Notes under the pieces: model-generated
What the model was told of the DNA's origin: nothing
The model's database searches: none
Seen by the model: only the letters and a program-made list of their open reading frames with translations
Shown here: piece after piece, positions 1 to 10,746 of the stretch
Position numbering within the stretch: position 1 is the stretch's first letter
Layout of the letters: each line of letters opens with the position of its first letter
Translations under genes and position numbers: made by a program
Assembly: GCA_040954595.2 (NCBI GenBank)
Contig: CM082592.2
Coordinates: 6,179,531 to 6,243,530 of the forward strand
Source: Balanoglossus misakiensis
Taxonomy: Eukaryota > Animalia > Hemichordata
Length of the DNA stretch: 64,000 nt
Direction of reading: 5' to 3'

Positions 1-95
1 GGCATTTTGTAGGTATGAATTTATCATTTTTGAGTTCAATTATACTCCAGAACAGTCAGCTATACAAGTTAACATTTTATGACTTTCATTTCCAG

Positions 96-171
96 TCTCG
101 TCATAGCCCGGAACATCAAGGACTCGGAGGAATACAGGAAAGCAACGGGCCGGGAAGACCATCCTAGCTGA
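96..171 (+). CDS. Probable terminal coding exon of an unidentified gene entering from the left (..LVIARNIKDSEEYRKATGREDHPS*)
   Basis: Pyrimidine-rich acceptor 'tttcatttccag|' at 95, GC-richer open frame to TGA 169-171, AATAAA at ~186, then AT-rich 3'UTR-like sequence. Too short to identify. Confidence 0.45.
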
Positions 172-2064
172 TACTTAATATTTTTAATAAAAAGAAAATA
201 CCATTTTTTGTACATAAAAAAAGATTTTCATATTTATTGCCTTCAGCAATGAGTCACTTACAGAGGTTATATGTACACTTGTGAAAACATAGCTCTATAT
301 TTAGATGTGTAGAGATTATAGGAGTCGGTCCCCCCTCTTTGTCGAATGGATTTGGCTGACCCATGTTATTGTTCTGAGGGGAGGCCAGGTAGAAGAAAGG
401 TGAGGCTAGTATCAACGAGGCGGAGTTCTGTTACCGTAGTTACATAGTATTTCCATCCGGCTACTAATTAGTCTGTTCAGTGTAAGCCCTGTGGCTAGTT
501 ATCCCAACTTTTGATAAATTTCCCCCATGAGTGAAAACCCTGTTGTATTTATTTTTCCGGCAGGGGTGTGTGAAAGTGCTGCCATTCACGACTAATTTAT
601 AAGAAGCGTTTGAAAAAAAAGCAGTGCTGGAATTATATCAAAAGCCATCGAAAAAATTGGGACAAATTTCTGCCCCTTTTAGATGGCTAAAATGACTACC
701 TATTCCACTGTTTGTATTCTGCTTGAGACAAAAAAAAAAGTTATGTGTGCTAAATTCCAGCTGGACCTTAATGTTAAGCAAAAAGCCTCATACAGTATCT
801 GTATAGCATCTGCTTTTCATGGCATGGCAATTGCACCAACAGATATCACATGTCTCGAGCACATGTGAAGCAAGCTCGATGCAAATTTTGAGATAAACAA
901 AAAATGTGTGCTGTACAGCTAGCACAAGAGTGTGAGCGGACATTTTTAGTTGATTCGGGATGTGGACCACCTATCTGCTGGGATATTACAAAACACGGCT
1001 GTATTAATGATGTATGGCAGCCGCGGTCACTTCTTTCGATTTGTAACATTTACTTCCAAACCAACCAGTATTTTCTGCATGGTAGAACCACGACCAGCTG
1101 ATACTTCAAAATATAGCAATGCCCAAATTCCTGGTGGTTGAGTATCTTCTCCCGATTTAGATCTTGCTGAAAGTCCACTTTTGTGCAAGTTCAACAGCGA
1201 TCTCAGAGACTTCGGCTCAATTCCATATTCAGTGACTGCCAAAGCAATTTCTGACACGTGGTCAGAAGCACAGGAAGACAGGAATTTTATTTTAAATTTG
1301 GAAATGTCATGACATGTGATCAAAATTTTTAAGTACATGTAAAACTTGACCTCAATAAAGTCTCAAGTTGGAACTATTATAATGAAAGTTGAGTGAAGTG
1401 AATTTTTTGCAGTTGGGAACTGTATTTGCCAGACCTTGCAACATGCAGCCAACTGCAGATTCACTGCATGTTTTACTGGCAGTGCAAAGTTGGCTAGCCA
1501 GAGTACATCGAGTCATTTCGTGCATTCTGAAGGAACACACAGTTTTGGGATTAACAAGCAACGCACATTTCAGCACCAAGTCCTGCAATATGAATAATAT
1601 ATTTTATTTTGAAATCCCTACAAAAATTACTGACATTCACTAAATACAATATGGACATCTCCAATCCGACAATACTACACGCAATACCGCCTGCTTAGTG
1701 TTAGATAGCTAAATCCTTATTTTAGCAGCCTCTTCATTGATATTGTACAGGTCATGAGTCCTGCCTGTCTGTGCGTTATCTTTTCTGAACTGTTGCGAGC
1801 AGCAGTTGTTATAAATAAGATTAAGATTGTGAGTGAATTGTGGTTGTAAATTATGTTAGTAGGACATGCCCGACTGACCTTTTGGGTCAGTAGAGCAGTC
1901 CCTCCACACTTATGGAATGTGAACTACCCTATCTGTGCAATGGGGGTATTTCAGTCCACATATATGATAGGGAAATGGGCATTTGGATGAAGGGGAGGAA
2001 ATGGGATTTGCTTTTTAACATGCCCAGCCTCTTGCACAGCAGTAGACTGAACATGACACAGTCA

Positions 2065-4082
2065 TCAATTGACGGTGAGTTCCTCTCGGGCCAAGTGTCC
2101 CGAGTCGCCCAGTAACTTCACAGAAACCCTCCCGGATGGTCTGACGGCTATCCAGGTGATACTTCCATTGTATAGACTAAGCCTTAACCAGGCTTCCGGC
2201 GGAAACTGCAGTGCCCTGTGATTGGAGGAGCAGAGGGGTACTCGCTGATTAGAGATCGTCATTGTGTGGATTTTGCCAAGGCTAGAGGGTCCAACATCCA
2301 ACTGGCCCCTCTAACCAAGTGCGATAATTAACGCTCTACCATTAGCCTACACAAGTCATGTGTATTACATGATTTGCACGAAACTTTGCCCTTATAACCC
2401 CTGAAAAATACACGTACCTCCAAATGCATGCACCGACAGACGTATGGAAAAAACCTAATATCTACTTCCCCCACACTGGGCTTCACCTGGCGGGGACAAA
2501 TTCACAACAAACTTCAACTCACCTGCAGAAAAAATACCTGATGACATTGGCGTGGCACACCAGAACTTCATAACTGTCTTCGGTTTGGTCTGGCTCCGCT
2601 CTGTGGAAATATTTTCTGAAAGCTGCCTCGATGCGAGCGCCCTCTTCGTGAAACTGCTGCATGCAGAATACACAGAAGTAGCATTCAGAACAAAAACGCA
2701 GCACATCACCCAAAACATCAGACAGTCCTGAATTTGTGATAAACCCAGTTGGGAATGCATACATACATTGCACATCAGATGGCAGCATGGGACTTGGTCT
2801 GTGATCAATGCAGTTAGCCAGTTCATACCTGAACCTGATCAAAATGCTCTAATACAGTAAAACCTGTATAAACTGAACCCTGTCTAGTCTGGAAACCTGT
2901 CTATACTGAACACACTTTCCTGTCCCTTTGACAAGAAACCACATGTTAAAAGAACCTCTGTAAACTGGACACCTCTACAAACTGAACAATTTCATCAGTT
3001 CCTTCAGTGTTCAGCTTAGAAAGGTTTTACTGTACATGTATTTCATATCATATGAGATAAACAACCGTGACATATCCTACCTTCAGTTCGGGTTTCCAGT
3101 GGCCCACTGGCGGCTCGGGGGGAATGGGTGCACCTTCCTGTATGAAGTCACAATGCTGGACAGGAACATCTTGGAGGTGACTACAAATGATGTCTCCAGT
3201 TTCTTGAGCTCTTTGCATGGTTGAGATGATTATCTTAGTGTATGGGAATTTCAGGTCTTTAAGTCTCTTACCGGCCTTCTCAGCTTGGACTTTCCCTAAA
3301 TAAAGACAATAATAGACTTTTAGGTAAGTCTTATGATGATGCAGCTTGTCACTGACATTTGACTGAGTAGAAACACAAGACACCAAATGCAAGACAACAT
3401 ACAAGAAAATGCAATTAAACAACATGTTTGATCGATCACAGGTGTAAATACCTAGATCATCACAAATCAGCGTCATTGAATTATTCATATGCAATTAATT
3501 GGGAAACACAGAAGTGACAATGCAAAATCATCTGAATTGGAAAGAATTTCACAAAGAGAGAATTTTAAGCTCAGCATCACTCACCAAGTAGTGTTAGTTT
3601 TCGGTTTTCATCTAAAGGTGAGGACATATCGTACTGGCCATGCCTGATCAGAAATAGATGCCTGGTTGCCGTGGCTTTGGCCTGTTCCAGTTTTTCTTTG
3701 ACTACTTCTCCCGTGTCCAGCTCTGTCACAGACTTAGACGCTGGTTTCACCAAGCTGCTGGGGTCTCTCCTGTTGACAGACAGGGAAGAGTGTTGAAGTT
3801 GAAATATGCAGTGAAACCTGTCTAGTTATATAATGGCCACAGACCTGTACTTAGGGCTAGGATTCACATTTGCAAGGCTTTAAAGGCACGTAAGCTGTAA
3901 ACTTCTACTCACTTGTCCCAGTTGTTATCCCATGGTACACTTGGCTTGAAGTTAGTTGTCCACGATGCCACCGCAATATTTTTATCGTGGCTCAAAGCAT
4001 ACACCACGGCAACAGCCACTCCCCCGGCAGCTAAACGCCGGGCTGCGCGAATAACTTTCGCGCTGACGTGGAATGAACGCAT
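2065..4082 (-). CDS. PGAM5: Mitochondrial Ser/Thr phosphatase PGAM5; 5 coding exons: 4082-3913, 3769-3585, 3295-3081, ~2656-2523, 2215-2065
   Basis: Hydrophobic N-terminal segment ([13 protein letters not shown]), WDNNWD motif, [11 protein letters not shown] (RHG phosphohistidine motif), [78 protein letters not shown] junctions keep the frame. Confidence 0.96.
2855..3032. mobile_element. Non-autonomous Tc1/mariner(pogo/Tigger)-type MITE in a PGAM5 intron
   Basis: Terminal inverted repeats CAGTAAAACCT...AGGTTTTACTG flanked by TA on both sides (2853-2854, 3033-3034). A homologous copy lies at 14425-14603. Confidence 0.8.
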
Positions 4083-4765
4083 GTCTCTCAGTAGGTGCTA
4101 AAGTATTTGAAAACGAAATTGCCGGCCGATGCGGTGTGACTGTCTGCTTCATGTGGACGCAGCCATTTTCCTTTCACTACTTACCGTAGAGGGCGACACA
4201 GATCTGTTTCTGACGACACGCGTTCTGATATTTAAACGTTTATAATGTTTATGGGTTCTCGAGGCTGGTGGTTTTGTTGTCGCGTAAAATGCTGACGAAC
4301 TCCATTCAGAGAGGGCAAAGTAGACTAAAAAATAATCAAACAATCGATTGATGGATGGATCTCCCAAGTAAGGGAGCTGTCATTTATAATGAGGGTGTGG
4401 ACCGGGCGCGGAAATTGGGGTCAGTCACGTCAAGAACGTCCGTGAAGTTGGTATGACAAATGGCCAAAAAATGCATTTCCGACCTGCGGAAGGCTAAACC
4501 ATAATTATGCAATTCATGGCCAATAGACATAAAATGTATAAACTTTTGAACTGTTTTAGTTGATCCTGCCAAAATTTGTATGTATAATATGTTTCTTATT
4601 TTAAACAGGGCACTCTGAGCCCTGGGAGAAGTTTGTAAATATGCATGATGACCCCTTCATTATAAATGGTCGTTCCCTAAATCGACAACGAGGCTGCAGG
4701 GGACGAGAGAAAATGGAGGAAGTTTAGTAGTTTCGCATTTTTACTTTCCATTTTCATCAATTGAC
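4083..4765. promoter_or_regulatory. Head-to-head (bidirectional) promoter region between PGAM5 and TATDN2
   Basis: Divergent start codons ~680 bp apart, CpG-containing; YY1-like AAAATGGCTGC on - strand at ~4159-4169; GC-box-like GGGCGCGG near 4404; candidate 5'UTR intron for TATDN2 (donor aa|gtaagg ~4368, acceptor ttttaaacag| ~4608). Confidence 0.55.
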
Positions 4766-7700
4766 ATGAGTGAAACAATCACCGCCAGAAATGGCTGTCG
4801 AGACATTAACAAACCAGACGCGGAAAGAGCCCAACAGCAACTTCCACGGGGGCGCGGACACATCAATCCACATCCCGAGAGCAGAAGAGCATGGTCACGC
4901 AAACCCAAACCCGTTCCTCATACTCCAAGAGGTGAGTCGATTGATGAAAATGTCGACACATGGCCGCCTCGCAGGACACTCATCCCCGATGACAAGTCAC
5001 CGAGAGAGGAGATAATGAAAAGTGGCGGGAGAGGCGTTGTTAACGCTGACATACAAACTGTTGTAGCGAGCGGGAGAACAGCGGTTGTTGGTCGTGGACG
5101 TGGGCGGGGTGTGCTATCGTTAAATCAACCCATCACTCCGCCAAACCCCAAGAATGATTCGAGTCCACACGGTGATGTCGGCGATTCAGACAGTAGCGGC
5201 GAGACCCTGCAGGCGACGAAAAGGTTCCGTAAACCCGGCAAACCGCTAGGAGTCGCCATCGCCTTTTCCAACGCGAAGAGCATGCTGACAAGACTGTTGC
5301 AGGACAACGCGGAACACAATAATCGGGTAGACAGAGCAACAAGGCCAGTGTGTGCCGCCGATCGCGGAGGGTCGCGCGAAGCAAAATCGGACGTCGACTG
5401 CAACAGCAATAATCCGCACGTGAAGAATGAAGAGTTCAGTGGTGGTGACGGTAAGAGCATTCCAATCAACCGCACAGATGCAAGTGGCCAGAAAGTAGTG
5501 GATGGTGCCGGTGATCAACAGGGAAAACGTAAAAGAAATTGGAGCCGCCGGTCTAGTGAAAATCTACACAGTGATGCGCTCTCACCATCAGCTGGGAATG
5601 GTGTATCATCTGAAGATGTCGGAGAAACAACCAACGATGAGCAGGACAACTTCATAGTAACCGGCCAGGCCAGTGAAAATGTGAAAATCACAACCGACTC
5701 TGCAGAATCGGAGTGGGAAGACATCAGTTACGGAAAACCAAATGAGAGACGTGTTGTCACACAAAGCCCAGTAAAACATGATGCACAGAACTCCGCAACC
5801 ACCCACAGTTCCATTGATGACTCCGAAGACCAGAGATTTTTCCTTGCGGAAATCCCTGTGGAGTCTGACGAGGCAACACACCCCTCGGTGGTTACTTCCA
5901 GTCCTGTTGGTGAACTGCACAAAAATGTACTGGAAGAGCTGTGTGAATCGTACTGCCCAACAGATACCAGTGATAGCTGCAGTGACTGCGAAGTGGCTAT
6001 AGAAACCCTGAGCCAGGAATTCAACAACGAAAGCAGTGGTACGTCCCTACTTGACCAGCTATGCAGCAACGGTTCAGATGTCACTACTTTGGCGGCGGCG
6101 TTCAACACCCCCAGCAAGCCACTGTCAGATATGAGGATTGTCACCCCCAGATCAGAGAAACGCGAGAACAACGAGAAGTTGTCGGAGGGAGATCGCCGTG
6201 CCATACAAACCAGCTGGATGCCCATACGCGCCCCGGAAGACCAGCACCGTGACTGTTCACGGAATCTGGCCACCAGGTACTCACAAGAACCAGAAACGGG
6301 CGGCTGGCTGGACAGCCGTGCGAAGTTCGTTCCAAATCAGATGCGCAGTGATCCACGTTACGGGTACAGTGCGAGATTGTCACCTGAAAATGATAGAAAT
6401 CGCAATGTAGTGCCTGCACCAGTGCTACAACAACCAACATACTCTAACACACTAACATCAGAGTATACTCCTTTGAATGCAGACAGCCGTCGTCAATTTC
6501 CATTGTTCTCGTCATCTGGAAACGCGCCATCTCCAATATTGGAAACTCCACCTTGGAGTCACAGGAACGTTGTTATAACACCTCCCTTGGATGACGCCGT
6601 ACCTGACCATGTGTGGCCTCCCTCAGCGCTTCCCAGCCAGGAAATCTCCGCTGATGACAAGGTGTCAAAAGAGGTGTTCGAGTGGCTGTTTTCCGAAGAG
6701 CAAAGTGAAAATAGTAGTGAAGATGGTAACGTGTCGACGAATGGAAACTTTGCAGATAAGAACTCAACAAGGAAAGTTAGCAGTGTGCCAGGCAGTGTGT
6801 CACCTGTCGAGAAGGGGTCTCCTGCTAGTGAGAGAAAGTATTGGGAAGAAAACAGCGCTGCTTCTTCCAGTGTACGATACAAAAAATACAGAGACGGCAC
6901 AAAATATGAACTGCCCCCAAGATACCAGAAAATGATGGCCCTGAAGGCTAAGTCAAATGCTGCGGGGAGAACAATCCAAGGAAGGGACCAGAAGAGCAGT
7001 GTTGCAACACCTGACGACGAAATGAAGCCCAAACTGTCGGTATCCAGTGAAGGAAGAACAACCTCCGTGGATAAACGCCCATCGCTGCGCAGGAAACCCA
7101 AACTGATACCAGCCGCGAGTCCACAGGAAACCGAGAAAAATGCGAGCAGTACTGAAGTCACACCCAACCTGAGTGATGTCGATGGAAGTATCTACAACAG
7201 GCAGTGGACCAATGCCTACGAGAGATACAACCAGACTCCCAAATTGACCAATCAGTCAAGTCTGTCCGTAGATGATGAGCTTCGGCCGTGGAGAAAGAGG
7301 CAAGGAGCCGACTTCGTGCCACAGTACACAGAGAACACATCACCATTTGATGTGTCTACCAGCAGTTCCTGCAGTCCGTCACCAACTACATCACTGCCAT
7401 CTATCCCATACTACAAACGCATACAGCACTTCATGAATCTGACCGGATCCAGCGCAGACAGCAGATTTGGATTCCTGGACACGCACTGCCACATCGACTA
7501 TCTCTTTAACCGACTGAGTTACAAAGGTACGTTCACTGCCTACATGCAAGAACACCAGTTTCCTGCGAACTTCGATGGCTGCGTCGCTGTGTTTTGCGAC
7601 CCGGACGCCTTCTACACGGGCAAGTGGAGAAGCCTGCTGAAAGAAGACAAAGTATGGGGAGCGTTTGGAATTCACCCCCACAGTTCCAACGGCTACAATG

Positions 7701-8275
7701 ACATAGTCGAGAGGGGGATAAAGGAGGCCCTGGCTCACCCGAAGGCTGTGGCCCTGGGGGAAATCGGCTTGGACTATTCTGACCACTGCCATTGCGATAA
7801 GGTAACCCAGCACATGGTGTTCGAAAGACAGTTGCGACTGGCCATAGAGTTGGGAAAACCGCTGGTGATACACGCGAGACAAGCCGAAGACGAGACGACC
7901 GAGATTCTCAAGAGGGTGGTACCGCGCGCTTACAAGATCCACCGACACTGCTTCACCGGAACTTCAGAACAAGCGGGGCAAATACTGTCCGCGTTTCCCA
8001 ACTCGTACATCGGCCTGACTGCGCTGGTGACGTACCGCTCGGCAACCCAGGTGCACCGAACGGCCGTGGATGTTCCTTTGGACAGGATGCTGCTGGAAAC
8101 CGACGCTCCGTTCTTCGTCCCCAATCAAGTGAAGGTGGCGGACCGTTCCGCGAAGTGGTCCAATCCGGGCATGGCGGTGTTCGTTGCCCAGCGTATAGCC
8201 GAACTGAAAGGCATCCCGGTGAGCGACGTGCTGACCGCGACGAGGAAGAACGCCAAGGATATGTACGGAGTGTGA
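4766..8275 (+). CDS. TATDN2: TatD-family nuclease, TATDN2-like, 1169 aa, single uninterrupted coding exon; TatD domain ~7472-8275
   Basis: C-terminal motifs DTHCH, FGIHPH, ALGEIGLDY, PLVIHAR, IHRHCF and LLETDAPF, with all metal-ligand positions intact. The long S/P/E/R-rich N-terminal extension is the architecture of TATDN2 rather than TATDN1/3. Confidence 0.9.
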   Translation: MSETITARNGCRDINKPDAERAQQQLPRGRGHINPHPESRRAWSRKPKPVPHTPRGESIDENVDTWPPRRTLIPDDKSPREEIMKSGGRGVVNADIQTVVASGRTAVVGRGRGRGVLSLNQPITPPNPKNDSSPHGDVGDSDSSGETLQATKRFRKPGKPLGVAIAFSNAKSMLTRLLQDNAEHNNRVDRATRPVCAADRGGSREAKSDVDCNSNNPHVKNEEFSGGDGKSIPINRTDASGQKVVDGAGDQQGKRKRNWSRRSSENLHSDALSPSAGNGVSSEDVGETTNDEQDNFIVTGQASENVKITTDSAESEWEDISYGKPNERRVVTQSPVKHDAQNSATTHSSIDDSEDQRFFLAEIPVESDEATHPSVVTSSPVGELHKNVLEELCESYCPTDTSDSCSDCEVAIETLSQEFNNESSGTSLLDQLCSNGSDVTTLAAAFNTPSKPLSDMRIVTPRSEKRENNEKLSEGDRRAIQTSWMPIRAPEDQHRDCSRNLATRYSQEPETGGWLDSRAKFVPNQMRSDPRYGYSARLSPENDRNRNVVPAPVLQQPTYSNTLTSEYTPLNADSRRQFPLFSSSGNAPSPILETPPWSHRNVVITPPLDDAVPDHVWPPSALPSQEISADDKVSKEVFEWLFSEEQSENSSEDGNVSTNGNFADKNSTRKVSSVPGSVSPVEKGSPASERKYWEENSAASSSVRYKKYRDGTKYELPPRYQKMMALKAKSNAAGRTIQGRDQKSSVATPDDEMKPKLSVSSEGRTTSVDKRPSLRRKPKLIPAASPQETEKNASSTEVTPNLSDVDGSIYNRQWTNAYERYNQTPKLTNQSSLSVDDELRPWRKRQGADFVPQYTENTSPFDVSTSSSCSPSPTTSLPSIPYYKRIQHFMNLTGSSADSRFGFLDTHCHIDYLFNRLSYKGTFTAYMQEHQFPANFDGCVAVFCDPDAFYTGKWRSLLKEDKVWGAFGIHPHSSNGYNDIVERGIKEALAHPKAVALGEIGLDYSDHCHCDKVTQHMVFERQLRLAIELGKPLVIHARQAEDETTEILKRVVPRAYKIHRHCFTGTSEQAGQILSAFPNSYIGLTALVTYRSATQVHRTAVDVPLDRMLLETDAPFFVPNQVKVADRSAKWSNPGMAVFVAQRIAELKGIPVSDVLTATRKNAKDMYGV

Positions 8276-10746
8276 ATCATCCACTTGAATTACAGACGAA
8301 ATTGCTCTGCTGGGAGGGAACATTGATGAACTGTTAAATCAACAAATTCAAAACTCTCGATTTATTTTGTATCTCTCGCAACAGTGACAATGCCTTACTT
8401 TGTAAAGTGAGATCATTTTAGGCTGCTTAGACAAACGTTTGTTCATCGTTCTTTTTCATATTTTTATTATTTCTGTGACATCTCTTTGAAACAAAACGCA
8501 AATCATAACAAGAAAGAGAGACTTGAATAAGAAATGACTATAGTGAAAGCAGAACAAATAAGACAAGACAATTTGCGTTTAAAAGCAGACTGTACATTGC
8601 AACATAGAGCAGCATTGCAGGAAAATAACAATTGACAGTTCAATTCATGAAGTACAACAGAAGAAAAGTTGAGTTTAAAGACGAGAAGTCACCATTGCTT
8701 GACATTTATCTGTTTCTTTTGCTTCATATATATGTTGCTATGTCACTATTGAGAGCTTTTTGATCTACATGTGAATATGATGTAGATTCTGACGACAAAA
8801 AACCTGGTGTGTACTGTATAATGCCCAAACGAGAAATTATAAGTTAACAATTTCAAGAGAGCGAAAAAAGCGGAGCTTTTTTTTAGAACCAGTGATTCAG
8901 AACATTTTTGTGAGTATAACAATGAAAGACTGAGATGAAAACATAATTGACATTGCAAAAGAACACTTGGGTCTCATAGTCTATTAGTATACTGTTACAA
9001 CTCTGAGTCACATCATCTTTCCTTATTGCGTGTGCATTAAAAAAATCTACCCTACCACCCCTTCTGCGCAGTGGAATATTCTGCACATTTTTCATTGTAT
9101 CGAGATCCACTCTACCATAGGGAGTAGTGGCTAACATCTCAAACAAGTTCAGTGGTACAAGCTTTTCTTTTGATGTTGTGTTTACAAAATAAATATAAAT
9201 TGTTTTCAACAGTTTTCTTGGGGATCACTGATAATAATTTTGCCCTGCACTATACAGACCAAAGATACTATTTTCAAAGCTAGAATTCTGCATGTTATCT
9301 GTGAATTTTTACAAAACCCTGGTAATCACGGAAACATTTTAAGAAACAGTATTGGTAAAATGGCTCAAAACAACTGGATTTTCCGTTTTATTTTTGATTA
9401 AAGTTAAACAGACCGATTTTTTAAAAATTTCAGAAACTTACTCTTTCAATAAAATGATGTACGATTAAAAAAAATGCATCTAGACATTTGACATTTTACC
9501 ACACTGCATTGTGGGTACAGGTCAAAGGTCTCTGTCCTTTTCATCCTTTGCAAATCACATCACCATGGTGATACTACTAGTACGTGCTGTGTTCAGCCAA
9601 GGTTCATATACATAGCGCCACTGAAAATTCCAGAACTTACATAGAATTTTTCCAGGAACATTTGTATTCAGAAAACCAGTTATTGCATTAAAAAAAATTC
9701 ACAAAAAATCAACATTTTATACCTTTCACAGAAAATCATCATTTTAAACCTGTGTCGGTAGCGGGATCGCTTTTCAGGACTTTCCTGAAGCGAGTTTCAT
9801 TTTCTTTGTTAACTCTACAAATGGACTCAATGAGAACCTTGCATTTTGTTATATCATGCAGCATAGCCAAGCAATAATCTAAACAAATTTCTCCATGATT
9901 GCCCACTAAAACTGGATATATCCAATGTAACCTGTGAATACATGTACTAATAATCTAGTATGTACTCATAGTTACTATACCAACCAGTAATCATGATTTG
10001 TTGCCCTATTGAACAGGACATTAGTGTACAGAACTACACAAAAACACCTAGAAGTATAATATAATGTATATTCATGTGGATAAATTACCACATAGGATTG
10101 GATCAATGGATGATGAATCGAAATGCATGTTTTCACATTCGAAGGCTTTATGCAACGCAGCACGTCATTCAGGACTTGGACACTGGAGGCTTAGGCAGGT
10201 GCACACTGAGTCAATACACAAATTATGGCCATGTTGATCTTCAAGAATAAATGGCCAAGAATGGCTAAAATACCGCACTTTCCAGTATTCACCAGATTTG
10301 TAATGGGTGTAATGCTGTTCACAATGACAGATGTCTGCTACGAAACATGGCAAGACTTTCAAGAAAATCATGTTCTGAATTTTAAAAGTACAAATTTGGA
10401 AATGTTTTTTTTGTAATGAAATGCTGAAGTGGCAACAAAAGCTAACTTGAAATAAAAAAAATTTGCAGAAACAAAAAAAAATCAAAATGAATTTGGACAT
10501 CTATAATGGCACAAACATACATAACATTTACTGTCACAATCTAAAAACTGGATGGCAAAAACTTAAACTTTGGAGAGAGATAAATAAGATATTATACAGA
10601 AACTGTGCAACTCGGGTTAAATATTTATAAGAAACACACCCAGCCATCTAACTTCTACAGTACACACATACCCCCGCAAGGAAGACGACACATATGCATA
10701 GAAAATGCAAGCTGACTGAGTTGGTGTGTGCAAGTGTGTACTAGTC

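Noticed and set aside
5125-8337. Many 60-200 aa ORFs overlapping TATDN2
   Set aside because: Alternate-frame and antisense shadows of the long GC-richer CDS; no recognisable motifs.
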